From the IMG/VR virus record IMGVR_UViG_3300028797_000094, positions 38,524 to 102,523 of that record: a stretch of 64,000 bases of DNA. One strand, given 5' to 3'. The notes below the pieces were generated by a model. It was not told the DNA's origin. It did not search any database and saw only the letters and a program-made list of their open reading frames with translations. This document shows positions 26,807 through 37,140 of this stretch, in pieces (the first letter of the stretch is position 1; each line of letters starts with the position of its first letter). The position numbers and the translations under genes are program-made. Origin of the DNA: a virus (taxonomy: Duplodnaviria; Heunggongvirae; Uroviricota; Caudoviricetes).

Positions 26807-29563
26807 ATGGCAACTAAATATATAAAAAGTAACAATATTTTTGTTTATCCAAGTGCTTATAGAACTAATGACAGTATAGATCCTGAAGCTAGATTACATA
26901 CTGAAAAGAACATTACTTCTGCTAGTGGCGCTGCAAGTAAAGGTATAGTTTCTTATATTAAATCTCAACCTGCAGCTATTGGTACTACTACAATTAGTGG
27001 TCTTGAATTTTTTATTGAAGGATACTATTTTAAAATTAAACAATTAAATAATTCTGATTTTGCAGAATGAAAAAATAAAATTGTTTATGCAAGTATTAAA
27101 CTTTCTACAAATCCATTAATAGCTGACTATAATACACAAAAATTGTTAAACTTAAAAAATTCTAGTACGGCTGAATTAGATGACCCAACTAGTTCAGAAA
27201 CAAAAGAATTCTGTGGTCTAAGATTATCTACTGGCGAAGAAACAGGAGAAAAAACTGGTTATGATTTAGCTTTATTTAAAATTGATAATAGTGGTAATTT
27301 TATTAAAATAGAAAGTTCATTCTTCACAGAGGATGCTTCTCATATTAAGAGTGCCTCAACTGATGGTGTTGCAATTACTAATAATTTAGTAAATGGCACT
27401 GGAACTAATAGTATCAAACAACTAAATAATAGTGTAGCTAATACTGCTACTGGACAAAATGCTATTGCATTTGGTGAAGGAATAATTGCAGGTAATAAAA
27501 ATCAATTAGCTATTGGCCAATATAATCTTGAACAAACTGGTTTATTTATTATTGGACGTGGGGCAGACTCTGACCATCGAGCTAATGTTTTTACTGTTAG
27601 TGAAACAGGTTCTACTACTATTTATGATAAATTACGTATAAATAATGGTGGCGCTTTAATTAAAGGTGAAACACTATTAACAACTGGTGAAAGTGCAAAT
27701 TCAAAAAAAATAGACTTAAATAATAATGGTATAGAAATTACTGGTAATACTAAAATTGTTGGAACAAATATTAGCTTACAAGACAAAACAACTAATCCAG
27801 ATAATTTTATTCAATTAAAAACAACTACAGATATAGATGAAGAAACAGACGAGATTATTTCTGATACTTCTATTGAAGTTGCTGGTAAAACAAATATTAA
27901 TGGTAATACAACTATTAATGGTAATTTAAATATTAGCGGTAATTTAATAGCAAAAAATGGTACTGATACTGAATTTAAAGTAAAAAATTTAGAGACAACT
28001 AATGAGCTAAATTTCAGTGGCATTAATAATCTTGATACAACTGCAACTTACAATTATTATTTATGGACAAGTGGTGGAAGCAATTTTGGAATTCCACAAA
28101 AAACAACTGATGATAGTTTTTATTTTAATTTAAATAGAAAAGAAATTAAAATTCTTGATAAGTTATTTTTAAATGAAAATGTCTTAAAAATTGGTGCCAA
28201 TAATGAAGTTAATGCTGGTATTACTAAGGCTTACTTGTTTGGCGATAACTTAAAAGCTGCTAAAAAGGGACAAGTTGTTTTAGGCCAATATAATGCAGAA
28301 AATTTGAATGCTGCATTTATTATTGGTGGTGGTACAAGTAGTGCACCAAAGAATTTATTTGAGCTTGATGCTGATGGAACATTGTATACTGGAAAACAAG
28401 AAACAAGTGAAATTAGTATTTTTAAATCAGGAACAGATTATAAAAGAATTGAGCTAACAGATAATGGAATAATAAATTTATGTCCTGTAGTATGAACAGA
28501 CCTTAATGAATTAGATAATTCTGAAGGTAGAATTATTGCGAAAAAAATTGAGCTTAAAAAAATTAATGCAAGTAGTACTGGCTTTGATACTTATATTACG
28601 CTTAGCCCAGAAGGTAATCTATTAAATAATACATCTATTATTGGTACCAAAGCATGAATAGCAAATGAGGTTGGAGAAAATCCTTCTGATTATATTAAAT
28701 TCTATAGAGATGGTAGTCTAGCAACTTCATCTTATAAAATTGAAGCTAAGGCAACAAATATAAGCTTAAATGGAACAGATAATATTAAATTATTAAGTGA
28801 TACAATTATTGGTCAAACTACTGATAATAAATCATTAACACACTATGGTGCATTTGATCAAAATGGTAATACTACTATTACTGGAAATACTACTATTAGT
28901 AATGGTACTACTACTATTAATGGAGCACTTATTGCAAATGGTAACAGTACATTTGGTAATGACACAACTGATACAATTAATCTAAATGTTCCAATTAGTA
29001 ATATTACTTTTGGCTCAAATAATAATAATACAGTTGGAGCTGCTAATAAATTTATTTATTTATCTAATGGTAAATTAACTACACGTAATAGTTCATTAGG
29101 TAATGAAAATAGACCTTTATATATTAATAGTGATGGTGCATTTACCCAATGTCAAACTAATTTTGGAACATGAACAGTTAATTTACATAGCAATACAAGT
29201 ACAGTAGATATTGGTGAGAATAGTGGAAATGTTGTTGATGGGACAAGAATGGACGATAAATGAGATGCCGGTTGAGATAAAGATTATACTGCTACATTTA
29301 TTGGAAATATTTATACTATAAGCTCTATGACAGAAACACTTCAAGTAGATAGAGCTTGACGTATTAAAATTCCATCTGGCTATACAGCTGTTTGCTTACA
29401 AGCAAATCAACACTCAAATCAAGCTGATAATAATAATGCGCCAGCTGCATCTGTATATTGAAATAATGATTATGCTTATGTTATAAATCGTTCTTATAAA
29501 AGCACACGTAATGGTATTGAGAAAAAAGCATTTACTTTTACATTAACACTAAAAAAGAATTAA
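26807..29563 (+). CDS. Tail fibre protein, 918 aa (code 4)
   Basis: Two GQYN..FIIG..N(V/L)F blocks; Asn/Thr/Gly-rich; ends TAA. Confidence 0.7.
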
Positions 29564-29574
29564 AATAATAATTT

Positions 29575-29605
29575 GGCTCAGATTAATTTCTGAGTCTTTT
29601 TATTT
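29575..29605 (+). terminator. Intrinsic terminator ending the structural module
   Basis: GGCTCAGA-TTAATT-TCTGAGTC plus T tract. Confidence 0.8.
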
Positions 29606-29613
29606 TAATAAAA

Positions 29614-29626
29614 TTTATTGTATAAT
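29614..29626 (+). promoter_or_regulatory. Class II promoter
   Basis: TTTATTGTATAAT, no canonical -35. Confidence 0.65.
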
Positions 29627-29647
29627 ATATAGAAGGAAACTACATAA

Positions 29648-29965
29648 ATGATAAAAAATTATTTTATTATACAATTTAAAGAAAATAGTCAAACTTATTA
29701 TATTAAAGATTATCATGGTGATATTCATTATAATGGACCAGGCTGTTTAAAATTAAATCAAGCTGTTGAATTTACTCAATCTATTTCTGATATTAAATTA
29801 TTATTTAATTCTTTTGAAGAAGCCTTTAGATTTGAATATGACTTATTAAGTAGACATCATTTATTTACTTTCCACCAAGATGATTTAGAAATTATACCAA
29901 TAAAAAAATTTATTTTTGATGGTGAGGACTTTGCAAGAATAACAATTGTTGGAGAAGATATTTAA
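29648..29965 (+). CDS. Hypothetical protein
   Basis: ORF with SD after a class II promoter. Confidence 0.7.
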   Translation: MIKNYFIIQFKENSQTYYIKDYHGDIHYNGPGCLKLNQAVEFTQSISDIKLLFNSFEEAFRFEYDLLSRHHLFTFHQDDLEIIPIKKFIFDGEDFARITIVGEDI

Positions 29966-29966
29966 T

Positions 29967-30206
29967 ATGAAAAGCTATTTAGTTTTTAAAAAAGAAAATA
30001 TTGAAGGTAGAAAAACACCTATTGTTAAAATATATAATAAAAGTGATGAATACTTAGGAATTATTTATTTTTATCCTGCTTGGAGAAAATATGTTTTTCA
30101 ATCTGCAAATGATATAATTTTTGATAAAGGTTGTTTAACTGATATTCTTAATGAAATTAATATTTTACAAGATGAATGGCGACAATCATTAAAGAGGAAA
30201 AATTAA
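29967..30206 (+). CDS. Hypothetical phage protein
   Basis: SD GGAG; GIIYFYPAWRKYVF; start moved to ATG. Confidence 0.7.
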   Translation: MKSYLVFKKENIEGRKTPIVKIYNKSDEYLGIIYFYPAWRKYVFQSANDIIFDKGCLTDILNEINILQDEWRQSLKRKN

Positions 30207-30208
30207 TT

Positions 30209-30406
30209 ATGTATACAATAAAAGAATTAAAAGAATTACCTGACGGAACAATTATTCACGACTGTTGAGGAGTAGAGTTTATTAAAGAAGAAGATGGGTT
30301 AAGAGATACTATTACTAACAAACTTCTTAACTGAATTGTTATATATGAATTATATTATGAACCTGATATTGAATATATGGAAAGGGAAGAAGACTATGAA
30401 ATATAG
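30209..30406 (+). CDS. Hypothetical protein, 65 aa (code 4)
   Basis: SD GAGG; 2 in-frame TGA; fills the gap in the operon. Confidence 0.6.
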
Positions 30407-30647
30407 CTATTGTAGTAATCAAAGACATTTAATTAATCAAGGAATTCATTGGTGCGAAAAACAAGTAAAAGGATATCCTGAATGTTGCAATGAAAACTGT
30501 CCTTATCGTGAAGAAGTATCAATAGAATCACTTACTACTTATACTGCATCAAATCTTATTGTGGAGGCAAACTATGAAGCGAGTAGCAATAACAAAACTA
30601 ACAAGAGAAGAAAAAAAACAAATAAGACAAGAAACAAAACTTGCTAA
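30396..30647 (+). CDS. Cys-rich hypothetical protein
   Basis: YCS..WCEK..CCNENCP; start moved to ATG 30396. Confidence 0.5.
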   Translation: MKYSYCSNQRHLINQGIHWCEKQVKGYPECCNENCPYREEVSIESLTTYTASNLIVEANYEASSNNKTNKRRKKTNKTRNKTC

Positions 30648-31302
30648 ACAAAATTATAATAAAGATTTAAAAGAACTTCAAAAAAGATATAAGCCTGCTA
30701 AAATTGATCGTGCACATAATAAAGACGCCAAGAAAAATTGGATGCCAATGTTAAAGTTTAATTGTGATTGGGATTGGAGCTTTATTATTAATGTAATATT
30801 ATATAAGATAGAACTTACTAAATTATACATTAAACATTTTGGTAATACTATTGAAGAAGACCGAATGAAAAAAGTTGCTGAGATGGAAGAAGCAATTAAA
30901 CTTTATGATACATATTGTCAAACTGATTTTTATAAGGAAGCTGGTGAGTGTTGGAAAGATCACGTTTGTCATTATATTTTTATTTCTGAAGACCGCAAAA
31001 ATATAAGAGAACCTAAATATAAAATTCCAACTGCTAGTGATAGTTTAATGTTTTATGAAATTGATGCAGAACTTTGTAAAGACCAAAGAATTAAAGCTGA
31101 AGCATATGCACTTACAGCAGGAGTACCAAAAGAAGCTTTATATGATAAAAATTTAATTAGATCTTTTGGTAGTGAATGGGATAACGAAGAAAATGAAAAA
31201 CATTATCTTGATTTAGTTAAACAAGGAGAAAAAGCTGAACAAAAAGCTTTAGATAAATTCTTCTTACATATTTCTAAACATATACAAGGATGGTGGGATT
31301 AA
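30574..31302 (+). CDS. Hypothetical protein
   Basis: SD GGAGG; TGG-only. Confidence 0.75.
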   Translation: MKRVAITKLTREEKKQIRQETKLAKQNYNKDLKELQKRYKPAKIDRAHNKDAKKNWMPMLKFNCDWDWSFIINVILYKIELTKLYIKHFGNTIEEDRMKKVAEMEEAIKLYDTYCQTDFYKEAGECWKDHVCHYIFISEDRKNIREPKYKIPTASDSLMFYEIDAELCKDQRIKAEAYALTAGVPKEALYDKNLIRSFGSEWDNEENEKHYLDLVKQGEKAEQKALDKFFLHISKHIQGWWD

Positions 31303-31304
31303 TT

Positions 31305-31637
31305 ATGGCAAAAGAACATTATGAAAAATTTTTACCATCTAAAAATTATAAACAACCCGATCAAGATGAATGAATAAGAAACTGGGAATTTATAGATAGT
31401 ATTGATTGACCACAATATATTCCAATTAATAAAGAAGTAAAAGTATATGATCTTATTGAAGATTTAGAAAATAATATTGATATTCCTAAAGAACAAGATG
31501 ACTTTATTTTAAATTGAATTGGTGAAGATGAATTTGCCGAGTTTATTAAAAATAAATATGGCTATACTTATAGAGAAGAAGAAAAAGGTAATCTATATTT
31601 TTATGATGCTGACTACTATATTTTAAGAAAGGAATAA
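31305..31637 (+). CDS. Hypothetical protein, 110 aa (code 4)
   Basis: 3 TGA and 1 TGG; fills the operon gap exactly. Confidence 0.65.
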
Positions 31638-31638
31638 T

Positions 31639-32475
31639 ATGAATAAAATAGAAAAGTTAAGAAAAATAATTAATGAGTATTATTGTAAGGAATGTAATGA
31701 TTTTGGTTTATGTGAATATTGTGAACCAAAACAAACTTTAGTTGATATTGAAACTGTTTTAAAATCATTTAAAACTTTAATTGCTGACCCCGCAGTTAAG
31801 AATATAATTGAAGTTTGTGATGGTTTTGATGAAGTAAAAAATGGATTAACTGCTTATAGAAGATTAAAAGAAGATCATTCAATACAAGTAAGAACTGTTG
31901 GTAAAATTTCTAAAGCTACTTTAGAAAAATATAAAGAATTAAAAATCTGGGATATTGTTAAAAAGTATCCTGAAGAACTTGGAATGATTATACAATGTAA
32001 AGATTATGAAGAATATAAATCTACTTTTTCTGATATTAATCTTGAGGAAGAAATAGAAATCACTGAGGAACAATTTAATCTTGTTAAAAACTTCTTCACT
32101 AAAAAAGAACCTGAAGTACAAATTAGTATAGATGACACAGTAGATCATAGTAAGCCAATGTCTACTATTGATGATACAGTAGATCCAAATAAACCAATAT
32201 CTATTGCAAATGATACAGTATTAAAAGTTGAACAACCATTTGATAACTGCTGTAAAGGTAAAGGTTTATTTGATGGCTATAAATGTCCTCATTGTGGTGA
32301 AAGTTATTATAGAGAAGATTATACAACTTCCACTTTAATATATAGTCCAATTATTATTAAAGATGGAAAAGTAGTTTCTAATGATTTAAATACTTACTCA
32401 ACACATTGTCATTGTTTAAATTGTGGTAAAGATTTTGATATTAGAACTAAAGATGGCAAAACAATAATTGAATAA
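31639..32475 (+). CDS. Hypothetical protein with Cys motifs and an internal IDDTVD repeat
   Basis: CxxC pairs at both termini; about 13-aa tandem repeat. Confidence 0.75.
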   Translation: MNKIEKLRKIINEYYCKECNDFGLCEYCEPKQTLVDIETVLKSFKTLIADPAVKNIIEVCDGFDEVKNGLTAYRRLKEDHSIQVRTVGKISKATLEKYKELKIWDIVKKYPEELGMIIQCKDYEEYKSTFSDINLEEEIEITEEQFNLVKNFFTKKEPEVQISIDDTVDHSKPMSTIDDTVDPNKPISIANDTVLKVEQPFDNCCKGKGLFDGYKCPHCGESYYREDYTTSTLIYSPIIIKDGKVVSNDLNTYSTHCHCLNCGKDFDIRTKDGKTIIE

Positions 32476-32516
32476 AATAATAAATTAATCGTGTTATTTT
32501 AAAATAATACGATTTT

Positions 32517-32529
32517 TTTATTGTATAAT
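32517..32529 (+). promoter_or_regulatory. Class II promoter
   Basis: TTTATTGTATAAT. Confidence 0.65.
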
Positions 32530-32553
32530 ATAATAGACGGAGGTTTTATTTTT

Positions 32554-32769
32554 ATGACTGGAATTCAAATTAATCAACTTATAAGTTGTATAATTATGTT
32601 AATATCAATTGTATGTAATGTATCTGCAATTATAATGGCCTGTGATAAAACAGTTAGCATGGCACAAGAAACTAAAAAGCATCGCTTTATTAGATTCTTC
32701 TTAATGAGCTGTGGTGTTTCATTATGTATTATTGCATTAATAATCGGTTATGTAGTAGAGGTTAAATAA
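32554..32769 (+). CDS. Small two-TM membrane protein
   Basis: SD GGAGG; two hydrophobic segments. Confidence 0.65.
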   Translation: MTGIQINQLISCIIMLISIVCNVSAIIMACDKTVSMAQETKKHRFIRFFLMSCGVSLCIIALIIGYVVEVK

Positions 32770-32779
32770 GGAGATAATT

Positions 32780-32854
32780 ATGGCTTTTATAGGAATTTTT
32801 ACAATACTAATTATTGCAGCATCAATTACTTATATATTAAATGATGAAGACTAG
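32780..32854 (+). CDS. 24-aa single-TM peptide
   Basis: SD AAGGAG; MAFIGIFTILIIAASITYILNDED. Confidence 0.5.
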   Translation: MAFIGIFTILIIAASITYILNDED

Positions 32855-32864
32855 GGAGAAACCA

Positions 32865-33341
32865 ATGGAATTTATATTTGAAAAAGAAGAATATTATAAA
32901 CAACTTGGCGGACTTTATGATGATGCACTAGCAGATTTAGAAGAACTTAAAAAACTTACTACAAAAGGTTGGGATTCTTATAATGCAGATCCAATAGACC
33001 CAATTGCTGTAGAAATGGCAAAGATGATTGTTGGTTATGTTGTAAAGTATTTAGGTGGCTATGATATTTTTCAAGTCTTTCCAATACATTTTGATGGTGG
33101 TGTTTCTATTCAAATAGAATTTGAAGATGGTGAAATAGATAGAGAACCAAGCTATTTTGATTGTATGAGAACACCAAAAGAAGATATATCAAGATTATTA
33201 AATATAGAAGTTTATAGAGATAAAATTACTTTATTCTTTAAAGATGATATAAAAGAAGAAAGTAAGTTAAAGAAAATAACAAAAATAAAAGATTTAATTG
33301 AAATTAAAAATTATTTAGATGAGGTGTTTAAACATGATTAA
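32865..33341 (+). CDS. Hypothetical protein
   Basis: SD GGGAG; start moved. Confidence 0.7.
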   Translation: MEFIFEKEEYYKQLGGLYDDALADLEELKKLTTKGWDSYNADPIDPIAVEMAKMIVGYVVKYLGGYDIFQVFPIHFDGGVSIQIEFEDGEIDREPSYFDCMRTPKEDISRLLNIEVYRDKITLFFKDDIKEESKLKKITKIKDLIEIKNYLDEVFKHD

Positions 33342-33870
33342 TATTAGACGAAATGTATTTGAAACTAATAGCAGTTCAATGCATAGTTTAGTAATATCTA
33401 AAAAAGATAGAGGCTATTCATATGATTTACCTGTAGATTCAGATGGTGTATTAAAAATTCCGTTTGGTGAATTTGGTTGGGGACCTGATATTTTACAAAC
33501 ACCAATCAAAAAACTTTCATATCTTATTACTGACCGTGGACAACCTGATGGTGAAATTGTAGATATGATTAAAGAACATTGTCCAAATGTTAAAGAAGTT
33601 AAAGTTAAGACACTTGGTTCATACTATCCTGAAGGTTATGTTGACCACGAAAGTTATGGAACATCAAGTGAAGTTAGTCCTGAAGAATTAGTATTTAATA
33701 ATAATATTATTATTGTTATTGATAATGACAATAGTTGTTTTTTTACTGATTATACTAGGTCTGAAGATCCTGAAGTTATTGAAAAATTATTTGGAAACAA
33801 ATATAATCTTATAAATAAAATTACGGAAGAAAGAAAAAAGAATAGAAGTCCATTTGATGATTTCTATTAG
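33334..33870 (+). CDS. FETNSSSxHS-family protein, paralogue 1
   Basis: MINIRRNVFETNSSSMHSLVI. Confidence 0.75.
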   Translation: MINIRRNVFETNSSSMHSLVISKKDRGYSYDLPVDSDGVLKIPFGEFGWGPDILQTPIKKLSYLITDRGQPDGEIVDMIKEHCPNVKEVKVKTLGSYYPEGYVDHESYGTSSEVSPEELVFNNNIIIVIDNDNSCFFTDYTRSEDPEVIEKLFGNKYNLINKITEERKKNRSPFDDFY

Positions 33871-33884
33871 AAAGGAAAATAAAT

Positions 33885-34802
33885 ATGATTAATATTAGAA
33901 GAAACGTTTTTGAAACAAATAGTTCAAGTATGCATAGTTTAGTTATTACTAAATCTGCAAGAAAATATACTGCTAAAGAGTTAGCTTTAGGTTATGATCC
34001 ACAATATCATAAAGTGTTTGAACTTTGGAGATATAAAGATAGAGAAGATATGTATTATGAAAGAAGTCCATTTCAAATTCTTTCTACGCCAATTGAAAAA
34101 TTACAATACTATTGTGCATATACTTTAGGAACTTGGAAAAACAGACCTGCTAAAAAAGATGTTGATAGAATTAAAAAATTCATTATGAGACAAACAGGTA
34201 TTGATGACCCTGCTAAAGTTTTCTTATATAGAGTTGATAGATGGGATAGAGATGAAGATAAGAAAAGATACTATGGTGTTGTAGTTGGTAATGATACAGG
34301 TGAAGACCCAATGCATTTTGTTGAAAGAAAACATATTGATTGGGAAGATTTAATTTTAAATCCAAAGTATATTATCATTGTTGATGGCGATGAAATTCAA
34401 AACTTTAAAGATTTAGTTGAAGCAAGAGTTATTAATACAGATAACTTTGAAGATATTTCCTCTGGTGTTGATTTCTGGAATGATGCTAATGAAGGAATTT
34501 ATACTGGCTGGCTTGAAGGTTGGGATGAAGAAGATGATAAACAACTTGTAAGTGAAATTGATGACAAGACTAAAACACTTGACTTTAGAATTAGCGAGCA
34601 AGAAGATGTTGATGAACTTAATAAAAATATGGATAAGATTAAAAAACTTATTAAGTTAGCAAAAGATACAAAGCCTGAAATTAGAATTAGACTTGTTATT
34701 AATAATTATACAACAGAAGTAATTGGTGTTTTCTCTGTTGATAAATCTATTTTTGAAGAAATTGTTGTTGAGTGCGACGATGAACAAGTGGTAGGTTTAT
34801 AA
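33885..34802 (+). CDS. FETNSSSxHS-family protein, paralogue 2
   Basis: Same 21-aa N-terminus as paralogue 1. Confidence 0.75.
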   Translation: MINIRRNVFETNSSSMHSLVITKSARKYTAKELALGYDPQYHKVFELWRYKDREDMYYERSPFQILSTPIEKLQYYCAYTLGTWKNRPAKKDVDRIKKFIMRQTGIDDPAKVFLYRVDRWDRDEDKKRYYGVVVGNDTGEDPMHFVERKHIDWEDLILNPKYIIIVDGDEIQNFKDLVEARVINTDNFEDISSGVDFWNDANEGIYTGWLEGWDEEDDKQLVSEIDDKTKTLDFRISEQEDVDELNKNMDKIKKLIKLAKDTKPEIRIRLVINNYTTEVIGVFSVDKSIFEEIVVECDDEQVVGL

Positions 34803-35320
34803 TGAAGAAGAGTTATATAGATAGATATGCTTTATATAGTGCAGTAGAAGTAGACTTTACTGATAAGCTTAAATTAAAAGGCTGGATAATTCCAAAAGGA
34901 AATAGCTATATGCTACTTCCTTTTGATGATATCTGGAACACTTATTCTTTCTGTGCTTCACATGTTAGAGATATCACACACTTAACTAATAATGTAAAAA
35001 TTAATAAGTTAGCAAAAGAAATAGAAGCAAGTGAAACTGGTTTTATAACTAATGATACAAGAAAAATCTTTGGTGAAGACTTATTAGTAAAAAATTTAAC
35101 TGAAGACCAATCTAATAAGATTTGTAGTTATATGTTTGACACTTATGGTGAATATAAAGGCAGTATTAATTATGCACCAATGAAAGATATCTGTAAGCAT
35201 TGTCCATTAGCAATTAGAACAGATGATGGAGAATTTGCTTGTATGAATGGTCGTTTAGATAGACAAATTACTGAAGACTTATTAAAAATTATAAAGGAGA
35301 ACAAAGATGCTACAAATTAG
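34802..35320 (+). CDS. Hypothetical protein
   Basis: Coupled ORF; CKHCP..C. Confidence 0.7.
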   Translation: MKKSYIDRYALYSAVEVDFTDKLKLKGWIIPKGNSYMLLPFDDIWNTYSFCASHVRDITHLTNNVKINKLAKEIEASETGFITNDTRKIFGEDLLVKNLTEDQSNKICSYMFDTYGEYKGSINYAPMKDICKHCPLAIRTDDGEFACMNGRLDRQITEDLLKIIKENKDATN

Positions 35321-35735
35321 AAAAAATTGTTTTGAAACAAATTCAAGTTCAACACACAGTTTAGTTCTGTGCGAAAATGATGATTATGAAGCTTTATTAC
35401 ATAATGAGGCTTTTCTTTCTGGAAGTATGTATTATGATCCTGTTATTGTAAGAAAAGAAGACTTATTAAGAAATCTTGATGAAGAATGTGATAAATATAT
35501 TAAAGATAAGTGGAAAAAGTATTGTAAAGAAACTGGTTTAAATCCTGAGAGTGTTGATGACTTTGCAAATGAAATTATTGCAGGTTTTGATAAAGCTGAT
35601 ACTGATTTAATGTATGAATTCTATACTTTAGATCAAATGTGGGAAAATAGTGAGCTAGAAACTTTTGATCAAGGCTTTACAACAAAAGATGGAAATATTA
35701 TTCATGCTTTCGGTTGCCATGGATATTTAGGATAA
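35307..35735 (+). CDS. FETNSSSxHS-family protein, paralogue 3
   Basis: MLQIRKNCFETNSSSTHSLVL. Confidence 0.75.
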   Translation: MLQIRKNCFETNSSSTHSLVLCENDDYEALLHNEAFLSGSMYYDPVIVRKEDLLRNLDEECDKYIKDKWKKYCKETGLNPESVDDFANEIIAGFDKADTDLMYEFYTLDQMWENSELETFDQGFTTKDGNIIHAFGCHGYLG

Positions 35736-35753
35736 AAAATAAAAAATTTTAAA

Positions 35754-35779
35754 AAAGATCGATTATTCGGTCTTTTTTT
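35754..35779 (+). terminator. Intrinsic terminator
   Basis: AAAGATCGA-TTAT-TCGGTCTTT plus Ts. Confidence 0.75.
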
Positions 35780-35789
35780 ATTGTATAAT
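35777..35789 (+). promoter_or_regulatory. Class II promoter
   Basis: TTTATTGTATAAT. Confidence 0.65.
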
Positions 35790-35809
35790 AATATAGGTAG
35801 GTGTGTTAT

Positions 35810-36136
35810 ATGAGACAAAGATTACAAGGTAAAGAATTTCAAAAAGTAAAGAATGAATATAAACTAAAGACATTTGTTATTACAGATGATGGAAATGTAA
35901 AAGCTTATTTAAAGCATAAAATAACTGGTTGGGAAATTATTCATTATCTTAATGATGAAGAAAAAATAAAATTTAAAAATTCTGAATATATTAAAAACTG
36001 TTATAGAAAAAAGAAACCAATGGGTGATGGTAAAACTTATCGCTATGGTTATGTAAAACCTTGTAATATTCAAGGATATGATTTAACAATTAAATTTAAT
36101 CCAAACTTAATAAAGATACATTCAGAGGAGGAATAA
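35810..36136 (+). CDS. Hypothetical protein
   Basis: ORF; start moved to ATG. Confidence 0.65.
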   Translation: MRQRLQGKEFQKVKNEYKLKTFVITDDGNVKAYLKHKITGWEIIHYLNDEEKIKFKNSEYIKNCYRKKKPMGDGKTYRYGYVKPCNIQGYDLTIKFNPNLIKIHSEEE

Positions 36137-36139
36137 AAA

Positions 36140-36793
36140 ATGAAAAGAAAAGACATTGAATATGTAAACAGTTGGAGCAATTCTTTTAAAAAAGGTGCAA
36201 GTATGGTTGACTGTGTAAGAGCAGTTATTGAAGGTATTTGGACTTCTGGTAGAGAAGGTATTGAAGATATTATTTTACATCCACATGTAAGAATTAGACA
36301 TAATACTGTTATTAATTCTGATTATGTTGCTAAACAATATGGAGTTGAACCAATTGAATTACAAGTAGAAGTTTATGATTATAAAAAGCAAGAAGATAAA
36401 TGGATTGAAATCTATTTAAAAGATAAAGATAAATATTGGTCTTTTGATTTATTTGAAATGAGAAAAGCAATCACAAGACGTGGCTTAGAATTCAGTAAAC
36501 AATATAATATTACTGAAGCTGAAGTTAGAGCTTTGTTTGATAAATATCATTATGATGATGAAGCAGCTTATAAAGAGTTAATGAAGAATCGTCCTGATTT
36601 ATATCAAACAATTCGTGGTTGTAGTAAAAAATATGAAAAGATTTCTGATTATGAATATTCAACAATTAGAGCAGCTTATTGTCCTTGCTTAGATCCATTC
36701 TATAATTGGTATTGTGATTTAGATAAAGCAGGTATCACTAAAGAGCAACAAGAAGAATTTGCTTATGAAAAAATGAAAGGCTATATTAGATAA
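36140..36793 (+). CDS. Hypothetical protein
   Basis: SD GGAGG. Confidence 0.75.
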   Translation: MKRKDIEYVNSWSNSFKKGASMVDCVRAVIEGIWTSGREGIEDIILHPHVRIRHNTVINSDYVAKQYGVEPIELQVEVYDYKKQEDKWIEIYLKDKDKYWSFDLFEMRKAITRRGLEFSKQYNITEAEVRALFDKYHYDDEAAYKELMKNRPDLYQTIRGCSKKYEKISDYEYSTIRAAYCPCLDPFYNWYCDLDKAGITKEQQEEFAYEKMKGYIR

Positions 36794-37125
36794 TGATAAC
36801 AAAAGACAAATTACAAAAGTTAACTATTAAAGGACAAAAAGATGCTTTAAAAGCTGCTGCTAAAAAAGAAATAGCAGATAAGAAATATGATGAGAAACTA
36901 TTAAAGAAATTTAGAAACTGGCTTGGATATATGATAACAGAAATTGCAAAAGGCGGCGGTAGAAAAGCTACCTTACCAATTAATCCTGAACGTTGGGACT
37001 TTAAAAATTTAAATGCTTTAGAACAAGCTACAAAATTTTTAGATGAAAATAAACTTGAATATAAAATTGATTATGATAAAACTGGCTCAAAGATTAATAT
37101 GCCTGTAATTATAATTGAATGGTAG
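36793..37125 (+). CDS. Hypothetical protein
   Basis: Coupled ORF. Confidence 0.7.
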   Translation: MITKDKLQKLTIKGQKDALKAAAKKEIADKKYDEKLLKKFRNWLGYMITEIAKGGGRKATLPINPERWDFKNLNALEQATKFLDENKLEYKIDYDKTGSKINMPVIIIEW

Positions 37126-37140
37126 TTTTGGAGGAAGACT

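Noticed and set aside
14-29563. Apparent massive pseudogenisation of structural genes
   Set aside because: All breaks checked are in-frame TGA, frames are preserved and several TGAs fall on conserved Trp positions; this is recoding, not decay
32554-32769. Holin call
   Set aside because: No adjacent endolysin, middle-type promoter and no TGA; only the topology fits
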